DNA from: an uncultured Gammaproteobacteria bacterium
GTDB lineage: Bacteria; Pseudomonadota; Gammaproteobacteria; UBA9214
Assembly (NCBI GenBank): GCA_963773065.1
Contig: CAVYZN010000028.1
Span: forward strand, 1-64,000
DNA: 64,000 nt
Direction: 5' to 3'
The notes under the pieces were generated by a model, which saw only the letters and a program-made list of their open reading frames with translations, did no database searches and was not told the DNA's origin. This document shows positions 13,282-24,721 of the stretch, in pieces. A program made the translations under genes and the position numbers. Within the stretch, counting starts at the first letter, position 1. Every line of letters starts with the position of its first letter.

Positions 13282-13958
13282 TGCCGGGCTTGCGCCGCTA
13301 TGTGGCCATGCCGTTGCTGATCAGCGTGGTGATCTTCACCACGGCCATCCTGGCCGGCGTCCACTGGCTGGAGGTGCTGCTCTCCTGGCTGCTGGGCTGG
13401 CTACCGGACTGGCTCGACTGGCTGCGCTACCTGCTGTGGCCGCTGTTCGCGCTCACCGGGGTGCTGCTGATCTTCTATACCTTCAGCCTGCTCACCAACC
13501 TGATCGCCGCACCGTTCAACGGCCTGCTGGCCGAGGCCGTGGAACGCCACTTGGACGGAGCATCCATGGCTGACGCCGGCGGCTGGCGGGCGCTGCTCAT
13601 GGACATACTGCCCAGCCTGTACTCGGAGTTGCGCAAGCTGCTCTACCTCGTCCTGCGCGCCCTGCCGCTCGGCCTGCTCTTCCTGATCCCGCCGGTGAAT
13701 CTCGCCGCGCCCTTCCTGTGGGCGTTGTTCAGCGCCTGGATGCTGGCCATCGAGTATATGGATTACCCGATGGCCAACCACCGGCTGCATTTCGCGGAAC
13801 AGCGCAAACGGCTGCGGCAGCGCAAATTGCTGGCCTGGGGATTTGGCGGTGCGTCATTGCTGATGACTCTGATCCCGGTAGTGAACTTCCTCGCCATGCC
13901 GGCCTCCGTCGCCGGCGCCACGGCGATGTGGGTCAGGGAATTCAAGCAACCCGCATAG
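13281..13958 (+). CDS. cysZ: CysZ copy 2, lacking the first ~20 codons
   Basis: Near-identical to 8180-8867; possible GTG start formed at the junction. Confidence 0.8.
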   Translation: MPGLRRYVAMPLLISVVIFTTAILAGVHWLEVLLSWLLGWLPDWLDWLRYLLWPLFALTGVLLIFYTFSLLTNLIAAPFNGLLAEAVERHLDGASMADAGGWRALLMDILPSLYSELRKLLYLVLRALPLGLLFLIPPVNLAAPFLWALFSAWMLAIEYMDYPMANHRLHFAEQRKRLRQRKLLAWGFGGASLLMTLIPVVNFLAMPASVAGATAMWVREFKQPA

Positions 13959-13967
13959 CACTGCGGC

Positions 13968-15128
13968 CTATGTCCCCAGATATTCTTTCAGGCGTCGCAC
14001 GCCTTCCTCAAGATTCTCCAGTGAAGTGGTGTAGGCAAAGCGCACGTGCCGTTCGGGCCGGTGGATGCCGAAATCGATCCCCGGAGTTATCGCCACGCCG
14101 GCCTCCTCCAGCAACCGCGCCGAGAATTCGTAGCTGTCGTCGGTGTAGCGGCTGCAGTCGGCATAGAGGTAAAAGGCGCCTGCCGGCGTGCCGGCGATTT
14201 CAAAGCCGAGGGCGCGCAACGCCGGCAGCAGGTAGTCGCGGCGCGCGCGAAATTCCAGGCGACGTCCCTCGAGGATGGCGATGTTTTCCGGATCGAACGC
14301 CGTCAGCGCGGCGTACTGGGCCAGCGTCGGGGCCGCGAGATACAGGTTCTGCGCCAGCTTATCGATCTCGGGCAGGTACTCCCGCGGGGCCACCAGCCAG
14401 CCCAAGCGCCAGCCCGTCATGCCGAAGTACTTGGAGAAACTGTTGATGACGAAGATATCATCGGATATGGCAAGCGCGGTACTCGCCGCATCACCGTAGG
14501 TGAGGCCATGGTAGATCTCGTCGACCACCAGGCGGCCACCGTGTGACTGCGTCACCGTAAAAAGCGCGCGGATATCCCGCTCGGATAAGAGCGTGCCGGT
14601 CGGGTTGGAGGGCGAGGCCACCAGCAGCGCGGCCACGGACCCGGTCCAGGCGGCGTTGACCAAGGCGGCATGGGGTTGATAGTTCGTCGCGGCGTCGACC
14701 GGCAATCCGACCGGTACGCCATTCAGCAGATGGACGAAATTGCGGTTGCACGGGTAGCCCGGGTCGGCCATCAATACCCGGTCACCCGGATCGACCAGAA
14801 CCGAGAGCACCAGTTGCAGGGCGGCCGAGGCGCCGGGCGTTATCACAATACGCTCCGCTTCGACCTCGACGCCGTAACGCTCGCGGTAAAACCCGGAGAG
14901 TCGCCGGCGCAACGCCGTCAGGCCCGCCGCCGGGGTGTAATGGGTCTGGCCCTCGCGCAACGCCCGGATGCCGGCGTCGATCACCGGTTGTGGCGTGATG
15001 AAGTCCGGCTCGCCGATCTCCATGTGGACAATCGAACGTCCGCCGGCTTCCAGCTCCCGCGCGCGCGCCAGCAAGGCCATCACGTGGAAGGGCTGTATGC
15101 TCGCCATGCGGGCGGCCAGTCGTGACAT
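13968..15128 (-). CDS. PLP-dependent class I/II aminotransferase, copy 2
   Basis: Intact 386-aa ORF with SFSKYFGMTGWRLG. Confidence 0.95.
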   Translation of the reverse strand: MSRLAARMASIQPFHVMALLARARELEAGGRSIVHMEIGEPDFITPQPVIDAGIRALREGQTHYTPAAGLTALRRRLSGFYRERYGVEVEAERIVITPGASAALQLVLSVLVDPGDRVLMADPGYPCNRNFVHLLNGVPVGLPVDAATNYQPHAALVNAAWTGSVAALLVASPSNPTGTLLSERDIRALFTVTQSHGGRLVVDEIYHGLTYGDAASTALAISDDIFVINSFSKYFGMTGWRLGWLVAPREYLPEIDKLAQNLYLAAPTLAQYAALTAFDPENIAILEGRRLEFRARRDYLLPALRALGFEIAGTPAGAFYLYADCSRYTDDSYEFSARLLEEAGVAITPGIDFGIHRPERHVRFAYTTSLENLEEGVRRLKEYLGT

Positions 15129-15140
15129 TGAACGCCCTCC

Positions 15141-15953
15141 TCAGGTTCCGCCCGTCATCCGGCGTGCCGACCTGGCGTGGGCGTGCGCGCGGCGCAGGAA
15201 CGCGATATCGACCATCCCCCCGGGGTCCAGGTCGCCGGCGAGCCGGTGACAGGGAATGTCTGGCTCGCCCAGCCCGTCGAGCACGGCGACGGCGCCGGTA
15301 AAATCCTGATCCCGGGTATAGCCGTTGACCGTGATGAGAACATCCACGCCCGCGCCTCGCGCCGAGAGCAGGCCGTTGGCCGAATCCTCGATGGCAAGAC
15401 AGCGTTCCGCCGGCAGCCCCAGCCGCTCCAGCGCATAGTGGTAAATATCCGGGGCGGGCTTCTTGGCGGGAACGGCATCACCCGCCGCGATGATGGCAAA
15501 CCAGCCCGCGACATCGCCGCTGAAACTGTGTTCGAGGAGACTGTCCACATTTTCCGGCGAGGTGGTGGTCACGATCGCCAGGCGCAGCCCCTGTGTCCGC
15601 GCTTCCCGGATCAGTCGCTCGACACCCGGGCACAGCGGTACATCACCCATCGAGAGCATCTGCACATAACAGCGTGTCTTGTCGCGATGCAGGCCGGCGA
15701 TAAATGCATCGAGATCACCCGTAGGTCGGAAGGACGGTGCATGGCGTTCAAGAAAATAACGCAGGCGCTCCCGGCCACCCGTAATCCGCAGCAAGTCCTT
15801 ATACAGCGCCTGGTCCCAGTACCAGTCGAGACCGGCGCCGGTGAAAGCCGCATTGAAAGCCAGGCGGTGCATCTCCTCGGTATCCGCCAGAGTACCGTCG
15901 ACATCAAACAGCAGGGCCTCCAGCGCCGGCGTTGCCAAAGCATCGTGACACAT
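15141..15953 (-). CDS. HAD-IA hydrolase, CbbY-like, copy 2
   Basis: Intact 270-aa ORF with HAD motifs DxDGT, KPAP, IEDS. Confidence 0.92.
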   Translation of the reverse strand: MCHDALATPALEALLFDVDGTLADTEEMHRLAFNAAFTGAGLDWYWDQALYKDLLRITGGRERLRYFLERHAPSFRPTGDLDAFIAGLHRDKTRCYVQMLSMGDVPLCPGVERLIREARTQGLRLAIVTTTSPENVDSLLEHSFSGDVAGWFAIIAAGDAVPAKKPAPDIYHYALERLGLPAERCLAIEDSANGLLSARGAGVDVLITVNGYTRDQDFTGAVAVLDGLGEPDIPCHRLAGDLDPGGMVDIAFLRRAHAHARSARRMTGGT

Positions 15954-16176
15954 AGTGAGTGTGTATTTATAGCAGCCGGTTTATCCGCCCGGGGCGAGCC
16001 CGCCAGACCGTTTCAGCGTCCAGTCCCCGTTCTTGACTAATGGCGAAAGAGGCGTATAAATAACGCCCCTGTAAAGTAATGCCTGCCGCTAGCCAGCATT
16101 TTTACAATGGCTTGAACCATCAATTACTTGAATGCGAAACAGTTAATCAAAGCTGCTGTTTCCGGAGATAGTTTAC

Positions 16177-16854
16177 ATGGCTGTCAAGAAGAAAGCAGCG
16201 ATATCCAAGGCTACGGCAAAGAAGAAGACCGCGCCCAAAAAGCCGGTGGTCAAAAAGACAGTCAGCCGCCAGGCTCCGGGCAAAAAAGCCGCCCCAAGTA
16301 AACCCGTGAAAAAGACCGCAGCCGTGAAAAAGGCCACACCCGTGAAAAAACTCCCCGTGAAAAAGGCCGCGACCGGGAACAAGGTCGCCGCCAAGAAGAA
16401 ACCCGCACCGGCCAGGATCGGCAAGGCCACATCGGGCAAGGTCGGACCCGTGCCGGGCATTGCCGCCTATACCGAAACCAAGGGCGAGGAGTACATGAAC
16501 GAGGCTCAGGTCGCCCACTTCAGGAACATCCTGCTGACCTGGAAAAAAGAACTGATGGAAGAGGTGGACCGCACGGTACACCACATGCAGGATGATGCCG
16601 CGAATTTCCCCGACCCGAATGACCGGGCGACACAGGAATCCGAATTCAGCATGGAACTGCGCGCCCGCGACCGCGAACGCAAGCTGATCAAGAAAATCGA
16701 TGAGGCGCTCGAAAACCTCGACAATAACGAATACGGTTATTGCGAGGCGTGCGGCGTTGAAATCGGGGTGAAGCGTCTCGAGGCGCGCCCGACCGCCAAC
16801 CTGTGCATCGACTGCAAGATACTCGACGAGATCAGGGAAAAACAGATGGGATAG
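16177..16854 (+). CDS. dksA: DksA, copy 2
   Basis: Same motifs as copy 1; 225 aa. Confidence 0.96.
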   Translation: MAVKKKAAISKATAKKKTAPKKPVVKKTVSRQAPGKKAAPSKPVKKTAAVKKATPVKKLPVKKAATGNKVAAKKKPAPARIGKATSGKVGPVPGIAAYTETKGEEYMNEAQVAHFRNILLTWKKELMEEVDRTVHHMQDDAANFPDPNDRATQESEFSMELRARDRERKLIKKIDEALENLDNNEYGYCEACGVEIGVKRLEARPTANLCIDCKILDEIREKQMG

Positions 16855-16942
16855 CCTTCCCTCCCGAAGATTTCATTTACGACAGCCGGCCCAAACCGGA
16901 ATGGCGTGGTCACGCGCCTTACGCTTGCTTCATCATCCCCCC

Positions 16943-17007
16943 GTAGGTGCGAATTTATTCGCACGGTGGCCTCGTCGTTCAGTACGTGCGAATAAATTCG
17001 CACCTAC
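16943..17007. repeat. GTAG-type REP doublet
   Basis: gtaggtgcgaatttattcgcac ... gtgcgaataaattcgcacctac (perfect inverted pair). Confidence 0.85.
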
Positions 17008-17110
17008 ACTGAATGTTTTCCGTGGGATTCCGTGGCTATGTACCAAGGTTGTAGGATGAAGTAAGCGCCATTCGGCTCATGCCGGCTTTATCGGTTACCT
17101 CTGACCGACG

Positions 17111-18040
17111 ATGTCCCGTACAGAAACAGCCATCAAACCCTATCGGGGCCGCTTCGCGCCCTCGCCGACGGGCCCGCTGCATTTCGGCTCCCTGGTGGCG
17201 GCGGTCGGGAGCTACCTCGATGCGCGCCATCACCACGGCGAGTGGCGGCTGCGTATCGAGGATATCGACCCGCCGCGCGAGATCCCCGGCGCAGCCGCCG
17301 AAATCCTGAGAACACTCGAACGCTTCGGCCTGGAATGGGATGGCCCGGTGTCATACCAGAGCCGGCGCAGAGACTGGCATGACGCAGCACTCGAGCGGCT
17401 GCAACAGCTCGGCTTTGTGTATGGCTGCGCCTGTACGCGCAAGGAAATTTCAGACAGCGACCCGCAGGGCGATAGCGGCGGCGTTTATCCGGGCACCTGC
17501 CGCGGAGGGTTGCCGGCGGGGCGTTCGGCGCGCGCCCTGCGGGTACGCGTCGAGAGCGGCGATATCGGCGTGATGGATCGGCTGCAGGGCCATGTCCGCC
17601 AGTGTCTGCGTGAAGAAGTGGGTGATTTCATCGTGCGCCGGGCGGACGGTTTCATTGCCTACCAGCTCGCCGTCGTGGTCGACGATGCCGGGCAGGGCAT
17701 GACCCATATCGTGCGTGGCGTTGACCTGCTCGGTTCCACGCCGCGGCAGATCTACCTGCAGCGGCTGCTTGGATTGCCAACCCCCGACTACCTGCACCTG
17801 CCGGTGGCCGTGAACGGCGCCGGTGAAAAACTCAGCAAACAGACGCATGCGCACGGTCTCAGCCCCGATCATGACGGCAGCAGTCTGCGGGACGTACTGC
17901 GCTTCCTGGGCCAGGGGCTGCCGGAGTCGGCTGAGGACGCCAGTCTCCAGGAACTCCGGCAGTGGGCGATTGAACACTGGTCAGTCCCGGCCATACCCGC
18001 CAGCCGCACGCTGCCATCACCCGCGCAATACGCCGGTTAA
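17111..18040 (+). CDS. gluQ: Glutamyl-Q tRNA(Asp) synthetase, copy 2
   Basis: Intact 309 aa, [19 protein letters not shown]; canonical dksA-gluQ order. Confidence 0.95.
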   Translation: MSRTETAIKPYRGRFAPSPTGPLHFGSLVAAVGSYLDARHHHGEWRLRIEDIDPPREIPGAAAEILRTLERFGLEWDGPVSYQSRRRDWHDAALERLQQLGFVYGCACTRKEISDSDPQGDSGGVYPGTCRGGLPAGRSARALRVRVESGDIGVMDRLQGHVRQCLREEVGDFIVRRADGFIAYQLAVVVDDAGQGMTHIVRGVDLLGSTPRQIYLQRLLGLPTPDYLHLPVAVNGAGEKLSKQTHAHGLSPDHDGSSLRDVLRFLGQGLPESAEDASLQELRQWAIEHWSVPAIPASRTLPSPAQYAG

Positions 18041-18163
18041 TCCGGACTAAACATCTGATGTTCCCGTTTTCAACGGACTCTGGCGCGCGCGCCATCCGCG
18101 GCTATAATGACGGACCTTCGCGTTCACCTTGCGTGAGCAGAATAATCAACCGGAGAGAGCCGC

Positions 18164-20098
<1,935 letters not shown>

Positions 20099-20126
20099 AA
20101 CCCGGCGCGACCGGCCGGGCCATGGG

Positions 20127-21087
20127 ATGATTGCAGCCAGCGCATTCCGCCCGGCCTGGTGGTTGCCGGGTCCGCATCTGCAGACCCTCTATCCGAGTCT
20201 GTTCCGGCGCCGCCGCCATCCCGCGCTGAAGCGGGAGCGGCTCGAGCTGCCGGACGGGGACTTCATCGACCTGGACTGGACGCGGAACGCCGGCAGGGCG
20301 CTGGTGCTGGTCCTGCACGGTCTGGAAGGCTCGCTCGAATCCCACTATACGGGCGGCATCCTCGAGGCCCTGGTGGCCCAGGGGTATCAGGCGGTGCTGA
20401 TGTATTTCCGTGGTTGCAGCGGCGAGCCCAATCGCCTGGCGCGCAGCTACCACTCGGGGGATACCGCGGACCTGAATTACGTCATCGCGCGCCTGGCAGA
20501 GCGCGACGCTTCGACAGCGCTTGCGGTCATCGGTTACTCGCTGGGCGGCAACGTCCTGCTGAAATCGCTGGGTGAACGGGCGGGAACAAGCCCCATCCGC
20601 ACGGCCGTCGCCGTATCCGTCCCGTTCGATCTGGATCGCGCCGCCCGGCGCCTCGAGCAGGGCTTTTCACGGATCTACCAGCGTTACCTGCTGGACAAAC
20701 TGCGCCGCTCCTACCGGGCGAAGCTGCCCACCCACGCCATGCCGGTCAGCCTCGAGCGTCTCGATGCACTGGATACCTTCCGCAAATTCGACAATGAAGT
20801 CACGGCGCCGCTGCACGGGTTCCGCGACGTGGATGACTACTACGGCCGTTCGAGCAGTCGCCAGTATCTGCGTACGATCACCACGCCCACGCTCATCCTG
20901 CACGCCATGGACGATCCCTTCATTCCCGAGGCCGCGATTCCGGCGGACGGCGAACTCGGTCCCGGCGTGACCCTGGAACTGTCACGCCGCGGCGGCCACG
21001 TCGGCTTCGTCGGCGGCGGCCTGCCCTTCCGGGCGCGCTACTGGCTGGAAGCAGCGCATCTGCGCCCACCTGCGCGAACACCTCTGA
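20127..21087 (+). CDS. YheT-like alpha/beta hydrolase
   Basis: HLQT, LHGLEGS, GYSLGG, DDPF, GGHVGF; likely frameshift near 21050 with true stop at 21085-21087. Confidence 0.9.
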
Positions 21088-21207
21088 CCCGCCACCCGCG
21101 CCAGCGGGCCAAGAACCACTTGGCTATGCCTTGCGCTCTTGCCGTTGGGCGTAGCTGCGCACAGTCCAACCGACACAGCATGTCGGGTTACGGCCACTTT
21201 CGGTAAT

Positions 21208-21281
21208 TCGTAACGCCTCAAATAACCGGCACAAATGGAGCGCCAGCGACATTTAGGTCCGAGTTGATTTGATTATTATGT
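21208..21281 (-). mobile_element. Integron attC-like site
   Basis: Minus strand ACATAAT (contains the stop codon) ... atcaactcggac ... gccggttatttgaggc GTTACGA; imperfect palindrome, ends deviate from RYYYAAC/GTTRRRY. Confidence 0.65.
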
Positions 21282-22395
21282 ATTTACCTCAAAATCCTCC
21301 AGCTCGCTAATAGTAATAAAAGGATTCTGCAGGGCCGCAAGCAAATTCCCAATATCTGTCATGTCTAAAATAGTCTCACCAAAGTCTAATTCCGCACGAC
21401 CAACAAACTGGAACTCATCGGTTGTTTCCACTTCTACATAATGGTCATTAAGCGGCTTAATATAAAACTTGTCACGATCCAAATCGAACGATTCTGTATA
21501 GTAGACTGGATATTCATATGTCAAATTCTGCTTTTGCGCTGAAATAGACAACAAACAGTCCCACGCCAAAGTATTCAATGTCTCCCAGCTCAACCGAATG
21601 AGGAGTGCTTATCATCGAAACGTAGATCTCGCCATTTTCACCCGGCACCTTGTCTCCAGATATCATTCGATAATCATCAGATAGCAGGAGTTCTTCTACA
21701 CCGGCTGTAATCTTATCTGTCTCTAACTTGGCTAAATTGTAAACATGCTCCAATATCTGCGGTTTGTTGTCGTCGAACAATTTACGTTTCAGACATTCTT
21801 GGGCATCATCTGACGCCAAGAACGACGAAAGTGATGCGAAAGACTTGATATCTTTTTCAACACATGCCTCCCTTAGGGCACCGTCTTCGACTATGACTTG
21901 CAAATGTTCGCGGTATTCTTCCTGTAGATCCAATATCGACTGGTAGATGAACGAATCAGGTATATCTTTGCGTACCTTCGGCTCTTTTAAAGGTGGATGA
22001 CCATTGAAATAAGCCTCAAGCGCTTTGGCCGCTTGCTCTATAGTTAACAGATGTCTTTCGGAATGATTACTCTCAATCCAATCCAGAAATGATTTCGATC
22101 TTTCAGATACAATATTTTCAGTGTCTTCGTGAAGTTTCTCCAGAAGCTCTAAAAGAGCTGCCGTCTTCCTCCCTTTACCTTCAAAATTCACGGCACTATG
22201 GATCGATTTAGTGGCGCTGACGATTCTCTTTCGTTGCTCCTGTTCCAAGAACGTTGAAAACTCTCTTTCGACCACATATGGAACATGCAATCGAATACAA
22301 CCATTTTTTGCCATATAGGACACCGACTTGAATTCGGGAGAATCAAGCCGAGGTGTCTTTCTGTAGATGTTTGTGTCCATGACTACGTGAATCAT
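21276..22395 (-). CDS. PIN-domain protein (DUF4935/PIN_8-like), low-GC cassette gene; frameshift near 21520
   Basis: VVMDTNI, VPYVVEREF, PP...KDIPDSFIY, VEDG acidic PIN pattern; second frame continues to the stop at 21276. Confidence 0.75.
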
Positions 22396-22401
22396 TTCGA
22401 T

Positions 22402-22473
22402 GCATAACGTTGAAGTTGAGTGACCTCGCGTGACTTTACGCGCGAGGTCACTCGAACGACGGACGGGTTGGGC
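22402..22473 (-). mobile_element. Integron attC-like site
   Basis: Minus strand GCCCAAC directly after the TAG stop, stem gagtgacctcgcg/cgcgaggtcactc, GTTATGC 6 nt before the next ATG; 72 bp. Confidence 0.8.
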
Positions 22474-23511
22474 CTAGTGAATGCGACGGTAAGTCTTCCC
22501 ACTCAACACCCTCGTAACTTGAAGTTCATTTAGAGCACCTACTTCGTTGGCTATCTTTGCGTCATCCCATCCGAGACCAGCAAGGGTGCGAATTTTTCTT
22601 ACTTGATCCGCGGACAATGTCTTTTCCCGTGAAGAGATAACACGCAAATAGAAATCGTCATCTCTCCACAGTTCGGCGATGAATGGATTCGGTATCCCCT
22701 TTCTCGGGTTGCGACGAACGTACTCGGCAATTGCGTGCTCTCGTTCATCGAGAGATATATTCACTCTGTCGGTGACGCGATGCTCATACAGGAACTGCAG
22801 CCCCTTCAATCCACCTGGAATCATGTTCAGTCCCTTGGGGGTGAGTGTGAACTCATCAACAAACCATTCCTCCCAACTCATTGCGATATCATAGTTCGCG
22901 TTGATGTCGATTAGCTCTGACCCGTACATGATATTCTGAAGAGAAAGGCTGTCACGCCACGCTTGATGAAATAGCCTGCGACTGCCTGTTCGCATTTCGT
23001 AAAGGTGCTCGTCGAGCCTTTCAAGCCAACTTCTCTTAGTAATGCCCGCGTATGACAACTCGATATCGGAGTTCGTAATCGTATGTATGTAGCACTTGTA
23101 ACCGTCATTGGCATCACCCCAGTTTTTCAGCAGACACTGAAGGGGCATCTTGTAACCCCACATAGTGCTGTTCTCGTATCTATGCCAGAACTGACCAACT
23201 ACTCGTTGATCTTTTTCTGGCCGAGCAAGTTCCGGGTACTTGTAGTAGGGCTTCACCTTGTAATTGATCTTCCTGTTCCCAGGATCAATGGTGAATCCGA
23301 TGTCCGCGTCGTACCTGTATAGTCGCTCCCATGCCCGCTTTCCTTGCGATTTTCGATTGCGCTCAACTAGCCGATCAATTAGCCCGAACTCTTCGGCATC
23401 TTCATTTACCTGACTTAGAAAACCATCGAACTGGTGAACCACGTGAATCAAGTTGTCGAGTCTTGGCATCAATGCCGTGCAGTTGTGAATGTCGAGATAC
23501 TTAAGCTTCAT
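22474..23511 (-). CDS. Hypothetical protein with GIY-YIG-like nuclease domain and C-terminal HTH-like domain
   Basis: YKCYIH...SYAGITKRSWLERLDEH...EE...GLNMIPGG; C-terminus LSADQVRKIR...IANEVG...VLSGKTY. Confidence 0.65.
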   Translation of the reverse strand: MKLKYLDIHNCTALMPRLDNLIHVVHQFDGFLSQVNEDAEEFGLIDRLVERNRKSQGKRAWERLYRYDADIGFTIDPGNRKINYKVKPYYKYPELARPEKDQRVVGQFWHRYENSTMWGYKMPLQCLLKNWGDANDGYKCYIHTITNSDIELSYAGITKRSWLERLDEHLYEMRTGSRRLFHQAWRDSLSLQNIMYGSELIDINANYDIAMSWEEWFVDEFTLTPKGLNMIPGGLKGLQFLYEHRVTDRVNISLDEREHAIAEYVRRNPRKGIPNPFIAELWRDDDFYLRVISSREKTLSADQVRKIRTLAGLGWDDAKIANEVGALNELQVTRVLSGKTYRRIH

Positions 23512-23752
23512 TAGTAGTGTCTTGCGTGGAAGGAAAGGCCCTCCAGTGTATTAAGCGGATTACACAGTATTGGGTGATTGGCCGCTTCCGCCTATTGCAG
23601 TCACAGGTGCAGATTACTAGAAAATCGGACCCTGAGCCATCCTATGGCGAACGGCTCATGCGAGTCGAATGCAGACTCACGGATTTGGTAGGTAGAAATA
23701 CGTATTCAAGGCAGGCTTGACTGGCACACATGAAGGTCCGGATCGACACAAA

Positions 23753-23815
23753 AATCAAGGGGTCAATGTACTTGATCCCGTCAACAGATTTTCAAGTACA
23801 CTGACCCCTCTTGAT
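23753..23815. repeat. REP-like hairpin (GGGGTCA type)
   Basis: atcaaggggtcaatgtacttga ... tcaagtacactgacccctcttgat. Confidence 0.8.
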
Positions 23816-23820
23816 CTGGT

Positions 23821-23880
23821 GTAATCTCTGCCAGAGATATGCATCGCAAGGAGCGTGTCATTTATGAAAAAGCGACTTAA
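23821..23880 (+). pseudogene. 3' remnant of a BrnT-family toxin gene
   Basis: Translates VISARDMHRKERVIYEKAT*, the typical BrnT C-terminus, overlapping the antitoxin start. Confidence 0.7.
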
Positions 23881-24129
23881 GTCATTACCGAAATTCGCCA
23901 ATGAGGACGAAGAGCGGCGCTTCTGGGAACAGCACGACTCTCGGAATATCTCGACTGGAGCCAGGCCCAACCGGTCGTTATGCCCAAGTTGAAGCCGACG
24001 ACAAAGACGATCTCCCTTCGTCTGCCTCAGCATCTGCTGGATTCGATAAAGGCTGCGGCTAACGCCCGCGACGTACCCTATCAGTCGCTGATCAAGGTGT
24101 GGCTGCAAGAGAAATTACATAACCGTTAA
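23864..24129 (+). CDS. BrnA/CopG-family antitoxin (1-nt frameshift near 23940)
   Basis: MKKRLKSLPKFANEDEERRFWEQHDS / EYLDWS...KPTTKTISLRLP...ARDVPYQSLIKVWL. Confidence 0.8.
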
Positions 24130-24134
24130 CCAGA

Positions 24135-24178
24135 AAAGGGGCCGGATACGATTACTCTAAATCGTATCCGGCCCCTTT
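24135..24178. repeat. REP-like hairpin or bidirectional terminator
   Basis: aaaggggccggatacgatt ... aatcgtatccggccccttt. Confidence 0.7.
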
Positions 24179-24274
24179 ATTGTGATTCTGGATTGTTAGA
24201 CCCAAACATTTCCTACAGACATCCCGCCTTCTAGCCGATGTGGTAATACGTACATTTGAGCGACTGAGGCTATC

Positions 24275-24580
24275 ATGTATAAATTAGAGCTTGACCCCGT
24301 CATCACTGAAGAAGAGATCTCAGAGATCGAGCGTATTAGTCAAGAGAATGCTAGGCAGATTTCTATGAACAGACGCATTGCCCTGACCATCTTGGCATAT
24401 GATAAAGAACGGCTTTATAAGAGCGTTGCGGGCGATCCGGTGACCTACTCTTACTTAATAAAATCATTGGGAGATTGCATGGATAATCTCAAAGCCCAGA
24501 TAAAGATATTGGAGACTGCAGAGACACGGTTGATGGTGCCTTTGGGTGAACACATGATCTTTAAAGGTAAGATGCACTAA
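24275..24580 (+). CDS. Hypothetical protein (101 aa, low GC)
   Basis: ORF with GAGG upstream of ATG; no motif recognised. Confidence 0.55.
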   Translation: MYKLELDPVITEEEISEIERISQENARQISMNRRIALTILAYDKERLYKSVAGDPVTYSYLIKSLGDCMDNLKAQIKILETAETRLMVPLGEHMIFKGKMH

Positions 24581-24721
24581 CGATAGCTGTAAACGATGAA
24601 GGGCTCATTCGGGTCGATGTTTGCCCATTGGCGCCATCCCGAACAATCACAAGTGGCTGATGGTCGATTACCGTCGCTGACGCGACTAAGCCAACCTCCC
24701 CTTTGCTCCCGGTTTGCCGGA

